Below, one piece after another: positions 27,368-36,614 of a DNA stretch of 64,000 nucleotides; the stretch's first letter is position 1; each line of letters begins with the position of its first letter. A program made the position numbers and the translations under genes. The notes beneath the pieces were generated by a model, which was not told the DNA's origin, did not search any database, and was given only the letters and a program-made list of their open reading frames with translations. This DNA comes from Alphaproteobacteria bacterium (GTDB lineage: Bacteria; Pseudomonadota; Alphaproteobacteria; Rs-D84). Location: the NCBI GenBank assembly GCA_017616785.1, contig JAFZXK010000022.1, forward strand, positions 58,516 to 122,515, written 5' to 3'.

Positions 27368-28282
27368 TTATCTGACTTTTTCATAAATATATTTATTCAC
27401 AAATGTCTGTTCGCGTTTTTTGCGGTCGGCAATAACACCGTCAACCGAAGTTGTGCAGATATTTAATTCCGGGGCATCGTTTTCCTTGATAAATGGTTGG
27501 CGTGCCGCGGTCATTTCTTGTTGGGCGATTTGATAAAGGTTATCATATGTCTTTTTTGTTTGTGGCAAATTATCGAATTTTTCTACGATGTTTTTTAATG
27601 CGTTTGCAAATGCGGTAATCAGTTCGTCGTTCATATAATCTGCAAGTGGTTTGTTTTCAGAAATGTGATAATGGCGTTGTATATTTTTTATTGTTGTGTT
27701 TGGGAATAGCCATCCTGATAATTGTTTGTGAAAATCTGCAAAGTATTGTTGTTGCTTGGTTAAATGACCCAAAATTCCGTTCAGTTGTTTTTGATATTTT
27801 GAAACAGTGTCGCGTGTGGCGATGCGCGCAATTTGACGGGTATGTGCAAAAATTTGCCCAGGGTTTGGATTTGGTGTCAAAAAGTATTCTTGTTGGAATG
27901 TTGTATTATATTTTTTACCAATTTCTTTCATAATCGCCCATGCAGCATAGCGAGATATTTCCGCGTTCATGCTTTTGTCGGTAATTTCGATTACGTGCAT
28001 ATGATTATGCAAAAGTTCGAATTTTTGCGCGGGTAGCATATCGGTCGGGGCATATTTACGCAAAATATTTCCGATGGTGGAACTGCTTTGATATGTTTTG
28101 ATATCTAAATTTTTTATGGTGCCAAGGACAGTCGTCAACGACCAAAATTCGTGGGTGGTGGCGGTTATTTTTGTCCCTGGGATATCTGGCCATAAAGACA
28201 TTGCGATATAGTCACGTTTATTTTGACGCGCTGAATTTAGTGTTTCAAATATGTCTTGGTTTGGGATGATTGTGTTTTGCAT
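27368..28282 (-). CDS. DinD-like (DNA-damage-inducible protein D family) protein, low confidence
   Basis: Blocks AEISRYAAWAIMKEIG and DYMNDELITAFANALKNIVEKF parallel E. coli DinD LSRYACYLVVQNG and DHMGSTELAANLFRATQTEEKL as remembered. A/T-rich codon usage. Confidence 0.4.
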   Translation of the reverse strand: MQNTIIPNQDIFETLNSARQNKRDYIAMSLWPDIPGTKITATTHEFWSLTTVLGTIKNLDIKTYQSSSTIGNILRKYAPTDMLPAQKFELLHNHMHVIEITDKSMNAEISRYAAWAIMKEIGKKYNTTFQQEYFLTPNPNPGQIFAHTRQIARIATRDTVSKYQKQLNGILGHLTKQQQYFADFHKQLSGWLFPNTTIKNIQRHYHISENKPLADYMNDELITAFANALKNIVEKFDNLPQTKKTYDNLYQIAQQEMTAARQPFIKENDAPELNICTTSVDGVIADRKKREQTFVNKYIYEKVR

Positions 28283-28299
28283 TTGTTTTTTTCCTTGGG

Positions 28300-28524
28300 T
28301 TAAGGTTTATCGTCTTCGTGTGCGATGGAAAATAATACGGACGAAATAAGTGATTGGTATGGAACATGCTGGGCGGCGGCAAGTTCTTTTAGGCGGTCCA
28401 AAACCGGACGTGGAATTCGCATATTTATAACCGCATCTGATTTATTAAATGCGCGATACGCCGCATATTCCCGCAGCAGGGATTCTATGTTCATAACGAA
28501 AAGTTGCTGCATAACATTTGGCAT
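28300..28524 (-). CDS. Ribbon-helix-helix antitoxin-like protein (BrnA/CopG-like)
   Basis: 74 aa. INMRIPRPVLDRLKELAAAQHVPYQSLISSVL matches the RHH/BrnA pattern (IRLP..L..lK..A...g..YQtLI). RBS GAGGGA. Confidence 0.5.
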   Translation of the reverse strand: MPNVMQQLFVMNIESLLREYAAYRAFNKSDAVINMRIPRPVLDRLKELAAAQHVPYQSLISSVLFSIAHEDDKP

Positions 28525-28539
28525 GGGTTTGTCCCTCTA

Positions 28540-28602
28540 TACAATGTTCAATACTTTTGTATCTACGGGTCACTATACCAATGTATTTACAATTGTCAAT
28601 AC
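28540..28602. promoter_or_regulatory. Operator-like repeats TACAATGTTCAATAC / TACAATTGTCAATAC with nested GTAT/ATAC inverted repeats
   Basis: Two 15-mers 48 bp apart. The second overlaps the -35 of the minus-strand promoter. AATACAAA..TTTGTATT inverted repeat at 28598-28623. Confidence 0.45.
28572..28599 (-). promoter_or_regulatory. Promoter of the RHH/DinD-like operon (-35 TTGACA, 16 nt, -10 TATAGT)
   Basis: The reverse complement of 28572-28602 reads GTATTGACAATTGTAAATACATTGGTATAGTG. Confidence 0.6.
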
Positions 28603-28680
28603 AAATGTCTGGGCCTTTGTATTTGCAGGCGTGTTGGCGGTTGTGGGGGCGGGTGTATTTTTTTTTTGCGTTTTGTCTGC

Positions 28681-28709
28681 TTGCACTTTTTTTATTTGTA
28701 ATCTAGAAT
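28681..28709 (+). promoter_or_regulatory. Candidate tolB promoter (-35 TTGCAC, 17 nt, -10 TAGAAT)
   Basis: The hexamers are seen directly, 35 nt upstream of the tolB ATG. Confidence 0.5.
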
Positions 28710-28743
28710 GCGGACGAAGGTAATTTCATCAAAGGAAGGAAAA

Positions 28744-30063
28744 ATGTTAAAACGAATTCTCTGTTTGGCGTTTGCCATATTATCATATATAAATATCGCG
28801 CATGCGGAACTAAAAGTTGATATCGTTGCGGGCGGAATGGAACCGACATCGATTGCGGTGCAGAAATTTGAACTTGCCGGTGGTGCGTCGTCGTCTGATG
28901 CGGCAACAATTCGCGAAGTGGTAGAGGCCGACCTTAAACGCACCGGATTTTTTCATATTGTAAATCACAATGCGTTTCCGGAATTTGTAAAGTTGGACCA
29001 AATGCCGTCGTTCAAATCTTGGGCGGCGATAAAGACGCAAATTTTGGTGACCGCGAAACTTAGCAAGGAAAAAGACAACAAATATAAACTTGAATTCTTT
29101 GTGTGGGATATCGCGTCCCAAGAACAAATAGAAGCGCAAAGTTTGGTCGCGTCTAAAAAGTCCGTGCGGCGTTTGGGGCATATTATGGCGGATGCGATTT
29201 ATGAACGCCTGACCGGTGAGGTCGGATATTTCGATACGCAAATTGTCTTTATCGCTGAAACGGGGCCGGTGGACAATCGGACCAAGCGTATGGCGATTAT
29301 GGACCAAGACGGTTATGGATTGCGCTATCTTTCGGATACGAAAACGTTTGTTATGTCGCCGCATTTTTCGCCCAATATGCAATCGGTGGTATTTTTATCG
29401 TATTATAATGATGACCCGATGGTCTGGATTTTGGATTTGAACACCGGGGCGCAAAGGCGGCTTGGGAAATTTGGGGGGATGAATTTTGCGCCGCGCTTTT
29501 CGCCGGACGGGTCGCATGTGGCGTTGTCTTTGGTCAAAAACGGAATCACGCACATATATGAATATGATATAGAAAATAATTTGTTGCGCCAATTGACCGA
29601 CGGTAATTCGATAAATACCAGCCCCAGTTATTCACCTGATGGACGCAAGATTGCATTTAATTCTGACCGCAGTGGTTCACAGCAAATTCATGTGTTGGAC
29701 CTGAATACACTCGCCGAAGAACGCATCACATATGGGGCGGGGCGGTACGCGACGCCGGCGTGGTCGCCGGACGGGCAATTCATCGCCTTTACCAAGATGG
29801 CGGATGATACATTCTATGTCGGTGTGATGGACCCGCGTGGGAAAAATGAAAAGATTCTTGCCGGCGGTTGGTTTATGGAGGCACCATCATGGGCGCCTGG
29901 GTCGCGGCGATTGGTTTACTATGAAACCGAACGCACGGACAACGATATGGAACGCGTAAGCCATATTCGCAGTGTCGATATCACCGGGCAGAATTTGTAT
30001 GACATTGATTTGCCCGATGGTGTGAACGGTTTGGAACCAACTTGGTCGCCAAGGTTGCCGTAA
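28744..30063 (+). CDS. tolB: Tol-Pal system beta-propeller protein TolB
   Basis: Signal peptide and repeated SPDG propeller motifs (FSPDGSHVA, YSPDGRKIAF, WSPDGQFIAF). Confidence 0.9.
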   Translation: MLKRILCLAFAILSYINIAHAELKVDIVAGGMEPTSIAVQKFELAGGASSSDAATIREVVEADLKRTGFFHIVNHNAFPEFVKLDQMPSFKSWAAIKTQILVTAKLSKEKDNKYKLEFFVWDIASQEQIEAQSLVASKKSVRRLGHIMADAIYERLTGEVGYFDTQIVFIAETGPVDNRTKRMAIMDQDGYGLRYLSDTKTFVMSPHFSPNMQSVVFLSYYNDDPMVWILDLNTGAQRRLGKFGGMNFAPRFSPDGSHVALSLVKNGITHIYEYDIENNLLRQLTDGNSINTSPSYSPDGRKIAFNSDRSGSQQIHVLDLNTLAEERITYGAGRYATPAWSPDGQFIAFTKMADDTFYVGVMDPRGKNEKILAGGWFMEAPSWAPGSRRLVYYETERTDNDMERVSHIRSVDITGQNLYDIDLPDGVNGLEPTWSPRLP

Positions 30064-30473
30064 TGAATAGATTTTGTGTCGCCGTTTTGATGTGCGCTTG
30101 GTCGGTTGCGGCGTTTGCGGTGCCGGCGCGGGTAGGGCACATTTTGGACGGCGATACTTTTTCCGCGGCGGTTAGTTTGGATGCGGATACAACCGTTTCG
30201 GTGCGTGTTCGTTTGCGTAATGTTGATACCCCGGAAATGAACGGCGATTGTGAATACGAACGCGCGCGTGCGGTTGCGGCGCGCGACCGACTTGCCGAAA
30301 TTATTCCGGTGGGTTCAACGGTTGAACTTAGTAATGTCAAAGATGATAAATACCTTGGTCGAATCGATGCCAATGTGAAAAACGCGGCGGGCGATGATGT
30401 CGGTGAAGTTTTAATTCGTGAAAAATTCGGCCGCAAATATAACGGCGGCCGCCGCAAGCCATGGTGTAAATAG
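30063..30473 (+). CDS. Secreted staphylococcal-nuclease-like (thermonuclease family) protein
   Basis: GDTF...VRVRLRNVDTPE...YLGRI pattern of SNase. The start overlaps the tolB stop (TAATG). Confidence 0.65.
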   Translation: MNRFCVAVLMCAWSVAAFAVPARVGHILDGDTFSAAVSLDADTTVSVRVRLRNVDTPEMNGDCEYERARAVAARDRLAEIIPVGSTVELSNVKDDKYLGRIDANVKNAAGDDVGEVLIREKFGRKYNGGRRKPWCK

Positions 30474-30474
30474 T

Positions 30475-30574
30475 CCCCTTCTTTTCAAGAAGGGGGGAAC
30501 CGCGGGACGCGGTGGGGTAGTTCAACCCATACCCCGTCCGCGTTCGCGTCCACCCCTTTCCAACGGAAAGGGGA
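30475..30574. repeat. B+C composite nested-hairpin element (100 bp)
   Basis: Same module order as 26807-26908, with different inner hairpins. Confidence 0.8.
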
Positions 30575-30581
30575 TTTAAAA

Positions 30582-30606
30582 CGGGCGCAATTGCGCCCGG
30601 TTTGTT
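30582..30606. terminator. Bidirectional terminator CGGGCGCAATTGCGCCCG
   Basis: Perfect 18-nt palindrome with an A run upstream and a T-rich run downstream, between convergent genes. Confidence 0.75.
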
Positions 30607-30622
30607 TGGTATATACTGGTTT

Positions 30623-32266
30623 TTACTCTCCGCTATTTTTTGTAGCATATATATAATCCACTGTTGCCCTATACCGATACAGACCTATACCAGCAAAGTA
30701 ACTATCCCTTCTAAAACCGGATACTTGGCATTCATCTGCGCTGCGATCACCACAGGCGGCTGCATGGAATTCGTCTTCTGTATCATATTCGAATGATTCA
30801 AGATATTTTCTGAACACAATACTGCCATCAGGATTTGCAAAAACTTCTGGATCTTGGTACGCTTTGTATCCCGTATAAACTTTTTTTACTTTGACCCACC
30901 AAAAACCGGCTCCGTTATCATAAAAAGCACCCGGATCATCAGTTGGGTTGAATAGCCCGCAAACCAAGATTTCACCTGGGGACATTGTGTTCCAGCGATT
31001 ACATGTGTTTTGTACCCAGTTCCTAATCTTTTCCAATGATTGTTCAGTATTTGGTAAGGATGCACTGTAAATTAATATGTCATGTAACGGATTTTGCTGT
31101 ATTGTATTAAGTTGAAACATTGACATACTAATTAATGTTCCGTTTGGATCGGTCCAGGTCATTCTGTCACCACCTTCATTGACGGTTGGAATTTCGGCGG
31201 CGGTTAATCCTTCCCTTAACCTGCGTTCCATGGTTGCAAGATAACGTATGCCAAGGCCGTCGTCATAGCCCTCTGAAAAATCATAAACGTCGCACCAATC
31301 AGAGGGTGTTTCACCACAAACCGCGGTCTTTAATGCCGCAAGGGTATTATATTCATAGGTTCGTATACGGTTTCTATATATCACTTGACCGTTTTGATGT
31401 ATAATTTGTGGATATGCATCTTCTTCTGCCCAACCTTTAAAATGATTTACCACTATAAATGTGTAACCCGTTCCGAATTCGGGATCATTTATAACGACTC
31501 TAATCTGTCTAGCACCACATGCAAAACTTTCTTGTGGACTAACGTCCCAATTGTTACATTTGTTTCGTGCAAATGCTATAATTTTTTCCACGGATTGTTG
31601 GTTGCTTGGTAAAGAGACAAAGTAATATAATTCTGCAGTTACAGGGTACCAAGAAGGGCCCGCTGTGAGTTGCCAAATGGACTGATTTATCAAATTCCCG
31701 TTTGGATCGGTCCACGTCATTCTATCGCCATTGTCATCAAATGTAGGCAATTTTCTTTTGATTTCGTTTAGCAAATTGTCTATGTCCGTTTTGCTGTATG
31801 TTTCCGTTGATGTTGTGCCAAGGGCGGTAAGTTTTTCATCAATTTTTGCGTCGATGTTTGATTCAGTAAGGACTGTTGCTTGGGCCGATTCTGCGGCATC
31901 AAGTTTGCTTTGCAATTCTTCGATACGATTATTCAAAGAATTCAATTCATTGGTCGCCGCGGTGGTATCCTTTACTTTACCTGAATTCAAATTTTTGATT
32001 CCTTTTAGGAAGGATAAACGTGCATCGGTTGTTTCCGTCGCAATTGGTTCAGAAATGGATGCGGTTGTCGTTGGTGTCGCGTTTGATGTCGACATTGATG
32101 TTTTCATTGTTTGCGCACGCATTGTTCCCGCACGTGCCGTTGTTGCCGGTGCGGTTGCTGGCGTTGCGGTTGCGGCGCCACCAAGTTGTGGTGCGCGCAG
32201 TGACGCCGCACCAAACGCCGTCGTCGTTATAACTGCAAGTGTTGTTGCACATAAAACCTTTTTCAT
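30623..32266 (-). CDS. Secreted protein with N-terminal RxLGG/RAGxxR/RLS region, coiled coil and two ~170-aa Cys-containing repeats
   Basis: Signal peptide. Internal duplication (aa ~175-345 and ~360-535), each copy starting GDRMTWTDPNG. The N-terminus resembles that of the 36662 gene product. Confidence 0.7.
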   Translation of the reverse strand: MKKVLCATTLAVITTTAFGAASLRAPQLGGAATATPATAPATTARAGTMRAQTMKTSMSTSNATPTTTASISEPIATETTDARLSFLKGIKNLNSGKVKDTTAATNELNSLNNRIEELQSKLDAAESAQATVLTESNIDAKIDEKLTALGTTSTETYSKTDIDNLLNEIKRKLPTFDDNGDRMTWTDPNGNLINQSIWQLTAGPSWYPVTAELYYFVSLPSNQQSVEKIIAFARNKCNNWDVSPQESFACGARQIRVVINDPEFGTGYTFIVVNHFKGWAEEDAYPQIIHQNGQVIYRNRIRTYEYNTLAALKTAVCGETPSDWCDVYDFSEGYDDGLGIRYLATMERRLREGLTAAEIPTVNEGGDRMTWTDPNGTLISMSMFQLNTIQQNPLHDILIYSASLPNTEQSLEKIRNWVQNTCNRWNTMSPGEILVCGLFNPTDDPGAFYDNGAGFWWVKVKKVYTGYKAYQDPEVFANPDGSIVFRKYLESFEYDTEDEFHAAACGDRSADECQVSGFRRDSYFAGIGLYRYRATVDYIYATKNSGE

Positions 32267-32335
32267 CTCTCTTCCCTTTTTGTTTGTTGTTACATAAAAA
32301 ACTGTGGAATTCCCCCACTCCCATTCTTGGTCTGA

Positions 32336-32364
32336 ATTGTATCATATTTTTTCTTATGTTGCAA
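32336..32364 (-). promoter_or_regulatory. Promoter (-35 TTGCAA, 17 nt, TGa-TACAAT) for the 30623-32266 gene
   Basis: The reverse complement reads TTGCAACATAAGAAAAAATATGATACAAT. Confidence 0.6.
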
Positions 32365-32369
32365 ATTTT

Positions 32370-33077
32370 TTATGCGCTGTGGCGGTTGATTGCAGCGTGG
32401 ATTTCGTCCAGTGTTGCGGTGGATGGCAATATGTCTTCGAAATAGATTTTCGCGGTGCCGGGTGTCATTTTGCCACGCTTTGGCCAATAAAGTCCGGTGT
32501 CAATGCCGACCGGCGTAATTGGTAACTTTAATTGTTCGGCCAAAAACAACAGACCGCGTTTTAATGGTATGCGCTGGCCCGGTCGGACCCGTGTGCCTTC
32601 GGGAAAGATAATAAGTGTTTGGCCGTTCATTATGCGTGATGCGACCGTCGCAGAAAGTTTTTTCATGTTGGTTGCGCCACGCGTCCTGTCCACCGGTTGC
32701 AGTCCCATACGCCAAAATGACCAACCATAAATTGGCAACCAAAATAATTCGCGCTTTACAATAAAAAACGGATTTTGGATATTGGTTACAAGTATTGCAA
32801 CCTCCATTATCGACATGTGTTTTGATGCGATGATTGCCTTGCCATCGGTTCGGATGTTGTCGTTTGGTTGGACCGGAATTCCGTTTTCTTCGGTTGGTGG
32901 GTAAAAAATGTGATACTTTATTCCGCATATTACCCGTGCAAGCCACAATACGCCACGCGCATCCGCGACAATCGCGCGCAGTGTCATTTTTTGCGATGGT
33001 AATACGACCAATAATATCGGCGCCCATAAAACGAAATATATGCCAAGTATAATTTTGAAAATAATCGTTCTAAACAT
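32370..33077 (-). CDS. plsC: 1-acyl-sn-glycerol-3-phosphate acyltransferase
   Basis: Acyltransferase blocks KHMSIMEV (HX4D-like) and IFPEGTRV. Confidence 0.8.
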   Translation of the reverse strand: MFRTIIFKIILGIYFVLWAPILLVVLPSQKMTLRAIVADARGVLWLARVICGIKYHIFYPPTEENGIPVQPNDNIRTDGKAIIASKHMSIMEVAILVTNIQNPFFIVKRELFWLPIYGWSFWRMGLQPVDRTRGATNMKKLSATVASRIMNGQTLIIFPEGTRVRPGQRIPLKRGLLFLAEQLKLPITPVGIDTGLYWPKRGKMTPGTAKIYFEDILPSTATLDEIHAAINRHSA

Positions 33078-33088
33078 TTTTTACCTTT

Positions 33089-33616
33089 TCATTTATATGA
33101 TGATTCCGGGCCTTCCTTTATCCCGACCATTGTTACCAAAAATTTTACATATTCCACCAACCAACGTTCCAATCGGCGTGCGGGCTTCATTTCATGTAAT
33201 GTTACCGGGCATGCAACAATTTGTGTTTCCGGTAATTCCGATTTTACAAGAAAACTTGCGCGTTGAATGTGGTCTTCGGTTGTGATAATAACGATTCTAT
33301 CAAGACCGGATTTTTCGACGATTCCCTTTATGGCAAGTGCGTTTTGATATGTAGATTTCGATTCCGATTCGATTATTGCACGTTCGATGTTTTGGTATTG
33401 CGGATTAAGTCCCGCACCAATTATATATAAATCCGCATCGGGGTATTTATCAATTTGACGCATCGCAAATGGAACGCGACGAAAATCACCCGTAAGGACG
33501 AAAATACTGTCGTTATCCAGAATAAAATCGCAATCGTTTGGTGATGTCAATTTGAAAACGATTCCGCCAAGGACGAATATGCCAAGTAATAAAAATGACG
33601 GGCGTAAAAGTTTCAT
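33089..33616 (-). CDS. DUF218 (YdcF/ElyC/SanA-like) protein
   Basis: N-terminal anchor; IVIITTEDHIQRASFL resembles the DUF218 motif. 4-nt overlap with ftsX. Confidence 0.6.
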   Translation of the reverse strand: MKLLRPSFLLLGIFVLGGIVFKLTSPNDCDFILDNDSIFVLTGDFRRVPFAMRQIDKYPDADLYIIGAGLNPQYQNIERAIIESESKSTYQNALAIKGIVEKSGLDRIVIITTEDHIQRASFLVKSELPETQIVACPVTLHEMKPARRLERWLVEYVKFLVTMVGIKEGPESSYK

Positions 33617-34455
33617 GATTCACTGTTTAATATCTTTAATGTTGTTCGTTTTGTTACCATTATCGCAAACAGCACAATTACAAACGGAACAAGTAAAAGT
33701 GCAATCCACCCGGCACCCGATATTTCAAGCATCGCCATCAATCCAACGCGTGCAGAACGCGCAATGCCCAATATCGCAAATAATATTGGGGTTGCGACAA
33801 TAAAACCGATGCCGCATGCAACGGTGCAGATTCGGGCCACAATCATTTGCATTTGTTTTGTGACGAAACGGTCACTTGCGCCGACCTGGTTCAAAATTTC
33901 AAGTTCACGTCGATGCAAAATTGCCGTGTTGCGCGCGATAAATGATATGCATGTGCCGATTGTCACAATGATAAGACCAAGTAACAACACAAGCACCGTT
34001 ACCATTTTCCACCCCGCGGATATTGATGGCTTTAACGCGTCATAGTGTGGGATAAAGCGCGCGTTGTTGCCGATTAGATTTCCAACCGTGTTCATATCGG
34101 CTTTTGACTTGAATTTAATTTCGAACATAGTTGGCAAATATTTCTTCAAAACGCCGTTTCCGCCACCCAGCCATGGCTTCATCAGTTTTGACATTTCATC
34201 GTCATCAATTTGGCGCATGCCTTCGATTTTATCCTGGTTCGTTTCAAAGATTTTCTTTACAGAATCTATTTTTTCTGTATTTGTAACCTGAACCGTTGCG
34301 TGGACATCCCATTGACGATTCCAATTTATAATTCCGGTGCCAATCGCCAAAGACAACCCCAGTGACAGTACCGCCAAAAATGTCATTATGCCCATTATTG
34401 CCGTCATGAATACGGATTGACTTGCCATTAGTGAAAATACAATCGGTTTTTTCAT
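33613..34455 (-). CDS. ftsX: Cell-division permease-like protein FtsX
   Basis: Four TM segments with a large first periplasmic loop, immediately downstream of ftsE. Confidence 0.75.
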   Translation of the reverse strand: MKKPIVFSLMASQSVFMTAIMGIMTFLAVLSLGLSLAIGTGIINWNRQWDVHATVQVTNTEKIDSVKKIFETNQDKIEGMRQIDDDEMSKLMKPWLGGGNGVLKKYLPTMFEIKFKSKADMNTVGNLIGNNARFIPHYDALKPSISAGWKMVTVLVLLLGLIIVTIGTCISFIARNTAILHRRELEILNQVGASDRFVTKQMQMIVARICTVACGIGFIVATPILFAILGIARSARVGLMAMLEISGAGWIALLLVPFVIVLFAIMVTKRTTLKILNSES

Positions 34456-34457
34456 AC

Positions 34458-35246
34458 TTAGTTATTTCCAATTTTGTTAAATTGTTTTGATAATTCCGCA
34501 AAATATCCCGCGTCATGAATTTCGGGCGCCGCCTTTTTAGTTGTGGTATGTGCGCGCGCCGGTCCCATAAAGGTAAGTTTATGATTTTCGACATGCATAA
34601 TCGGAAATTTGTAAGTTTCCATTAATTTTGAATTATGTGTCGCAAGGATAATTGTTGTTCCAAACATTTTATTCATCTGAATAAAAAGTTCCATTAAACG
34701 CGATGCGTTTTCATCGTCAAGATTTCCCGTCGGTTCGTCCGCAAGCATTATTGACGGCTGTACAATAATGGCGCGTGCGACAGAAACGCGTTGCTGTTGG
34801 CCGCCACTTAAACTTTTTGGATTCGCATTTGCGTACTTGGCAAGGCCGACCCATTCCAATGTTTTCGTTACAAGTTTTTTTATTTTCCCTTCGTCCATGC
34901 CACGCACGCGCAGGGGCAGGGCAACATTATCAAACACAGATATATGCGACAGCAACGAATATTCTTGGAACACGATTGCCATTTTGTGGCGCATTTCGGT
35001 TATTTCATCACGCGACATAGAATTTGTTGGAGCGCCAAAAATCCTTATCGTTCCGCGACATGGTTTGTGTAAATGATATATCAACCGTAAAAGCGTTGTT
35101 TTGCCCGCGCCCGATGCGCCCGACAGAAAGTAAAAAGAGCCCGCACTAATGTTAAATGAAACATCAGTCAATATGTCCGGATCGTTGTCATAACGGGCAC
35201 CAACACCGGCAAAAGAAATGATAGTATTGTCTTCCATACTTTGCAT
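34458..35246 (-). CDS. ftsE: Cell-division ATP-binding protein FtsE
   Basis: Walker [10 protein letters not shown], signature LSGGQQQR, Walker [10 protein letters not shown]. Start uncertain (35246, 35237 or TTG at 35273). Confidence 0.85.
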   Translation of the reverse strand: MQSMEDNTIISFAGVGARYDNDPDILTDVSFNISAGSFYFLSGASGAGKTTLLRLIYHLHKPCRGTIRIFGAPTNSMSRDEITEMRHKMAIVFQEYSLLSHISVFDNVALPLRVRGMDEGKIKKLVTKTLEWVGLAKYANANPKSLSGGQQQRVSVARAIIVQPSIMLADEPTGNLDDENASRLMELFIQMNKMFGTTIILATHNSKLMETYKFPIMHVENHKLTFMGPARAHTTTKKAAPEIHDAGYFAELSKQFNKIGNN

Positions 35247-35377
35247 GTTAGTAAAAAAAATTTTTTTGGTCAAGAAGGTTAAAACATAATAAAAAAATTA
35301 AAACTATATTTTTTGTCTTTTATAAAATTTTCAAATATGTTATAGTTTTGTGTGAAAGGTATATTAGGAGATTTCTT

Positions 35378-36412
35378 ATGAAACGTTTTTTTGGCGGATT
35401 TACGGCGTTTTTTGTCGGTCTGTATTGTGTTGGTGATGTCGCGTGTTATGGTGGCGCACCACGTGTTGCCGGCACGCCCCAGGTTGTTTCGAATACCTTT
35501 ACTTTGGGCGGTGGTTGTTCTTCGAATACTTGTTCGGGGTCGCGGTATGTGACCGGAACGCCGGTTTCTACGCGCTATAACGGCCAGGGTTATGTTCAGG
35601 CCGGATATGTTTCTCCACAAAATTATGGGCAAACGACGACGTATCAGCAGCAAAATTATAGGCAGCCAACAACTTACCAACGTGTGAATTATGCGGGGAC
35701 ACCACGTTACGCCGATGGTACGAACGGTAATACCCGAACGATGACATATCAGCAATCGCGTGATGGTGGACGCGGTGCCGTTTCCGGGTCATATACGTAT
35801 AACAAAAGCGGTTCTGGATATGTTGGTATGAATTTGGATGTAAATTTGCTGAATTGGACCAACAAGTATAAGGCGACACCCGAAGGGGCGGTGGTCAATA
35901 TGATGGCGGACCATGATGATTATAAATTCAAACCGCTGATTGGTGGGCATTTTGTTGCGGGCTATCGGTTTAATCCGGATTGGCGTGCCGATGCGGAATT
36001 TGGGTTCACATCGGAATACGAAGATTCTGATAATGGTATAACGTTTAAGATGTCGGTTCCATATGTGACTGCGAACATTTATCATGATTTTGTGAATGGA
36101 CTTTATCTTGGAATTGGTGGTGGTGCGGCGTTTCCGACGATTTCGATGGAATGGGAAAACTTTAGGGCGAACGATTCAAGTAAAACCGGGGTGGCGCCGA
36201 TGGGTGCGGCGATGCTTGGCTATTCGTATTATTTGTCCGAAAGTTTGATTTTCGATGTTCGTTATCGCTTTGCGGGATTGTTCGGTAACACAAAGATTAA
36301 GCGCCATACCGTTTTCCAGGCGCCACAGCATGCACCGTTGGAATCGCTTGAAACCAAGGTTGGTTTTATTATGGACAATTCGATTTCGATTGGACTTAAA
36401 TACGAATTTTAA
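35378..36412 (+). CDS. Outer-membrane beta-barrel protein (candidate)
   Basis: Signal peptide, Q/Y/T-rich linker and C-terminal SIGLKYEF ending in Phe. RBS TAGGAG. Confidence 0.55.
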   Translation: MKRFFGGFTAFFVGLYCVGDVACYGGAPRVAGTPQVVSNTFTLGGGCSSNTCSGSRYVTGTPVSTRYNGQGYVQAGYVSPQNYGQTTTYQQQNYRQPTTYQRVNYAGTPRYADGTNGNTRTMTYQQSRDGGRGAVSGSYTYNKSGSGYVGMNLDVNLLNWTNKYKATPEGAVVNMMADHDDYKFKPLIGGHFVAGYRFNPDWRADAEFGFTSEYEDSDNGITFKMSVPYVTANIYHDFVNGLYLGIGGGAAFPTISMEWENFRANDSSKTGVAPMGAAMLGYSYYLSESLIFDVRYRFAGLFGNTKIKRHTVFQAPQHAPLESLETKVGFIMDNSISIGLKYEF

Positions 36413-36468
36413 TACATCATTTTTTGACATCAAATGCCCATGATTTTTCGTGGGTGTTTTTTTGCCTG

Positions 36469-36560
36469 AAACGATTCGTTTTCCGCGGAAAATCGATTCG
36501 TTTTAGGAATAAAAAGCGAATCGCAAACTTTGACAAAAAAATGTGAAAATCGATTCGGTT
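36469..36560. promoter_or_regulatory. Cluster of four operator-like palindromes, consensus AAACGAWTCGTTT
   Basis: Sites at 36469-36481 (perfect), 36491-36503, 36514-36526 and 36548-36560, upstream of the 36662 gene promoter. Confidence 0.5.
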
Positions 36561-36614
36561 TATCACGCGCATCCCGCAAAATGCGCGGCACAGAAAAAAT
36601 TTGACAGACAAATT

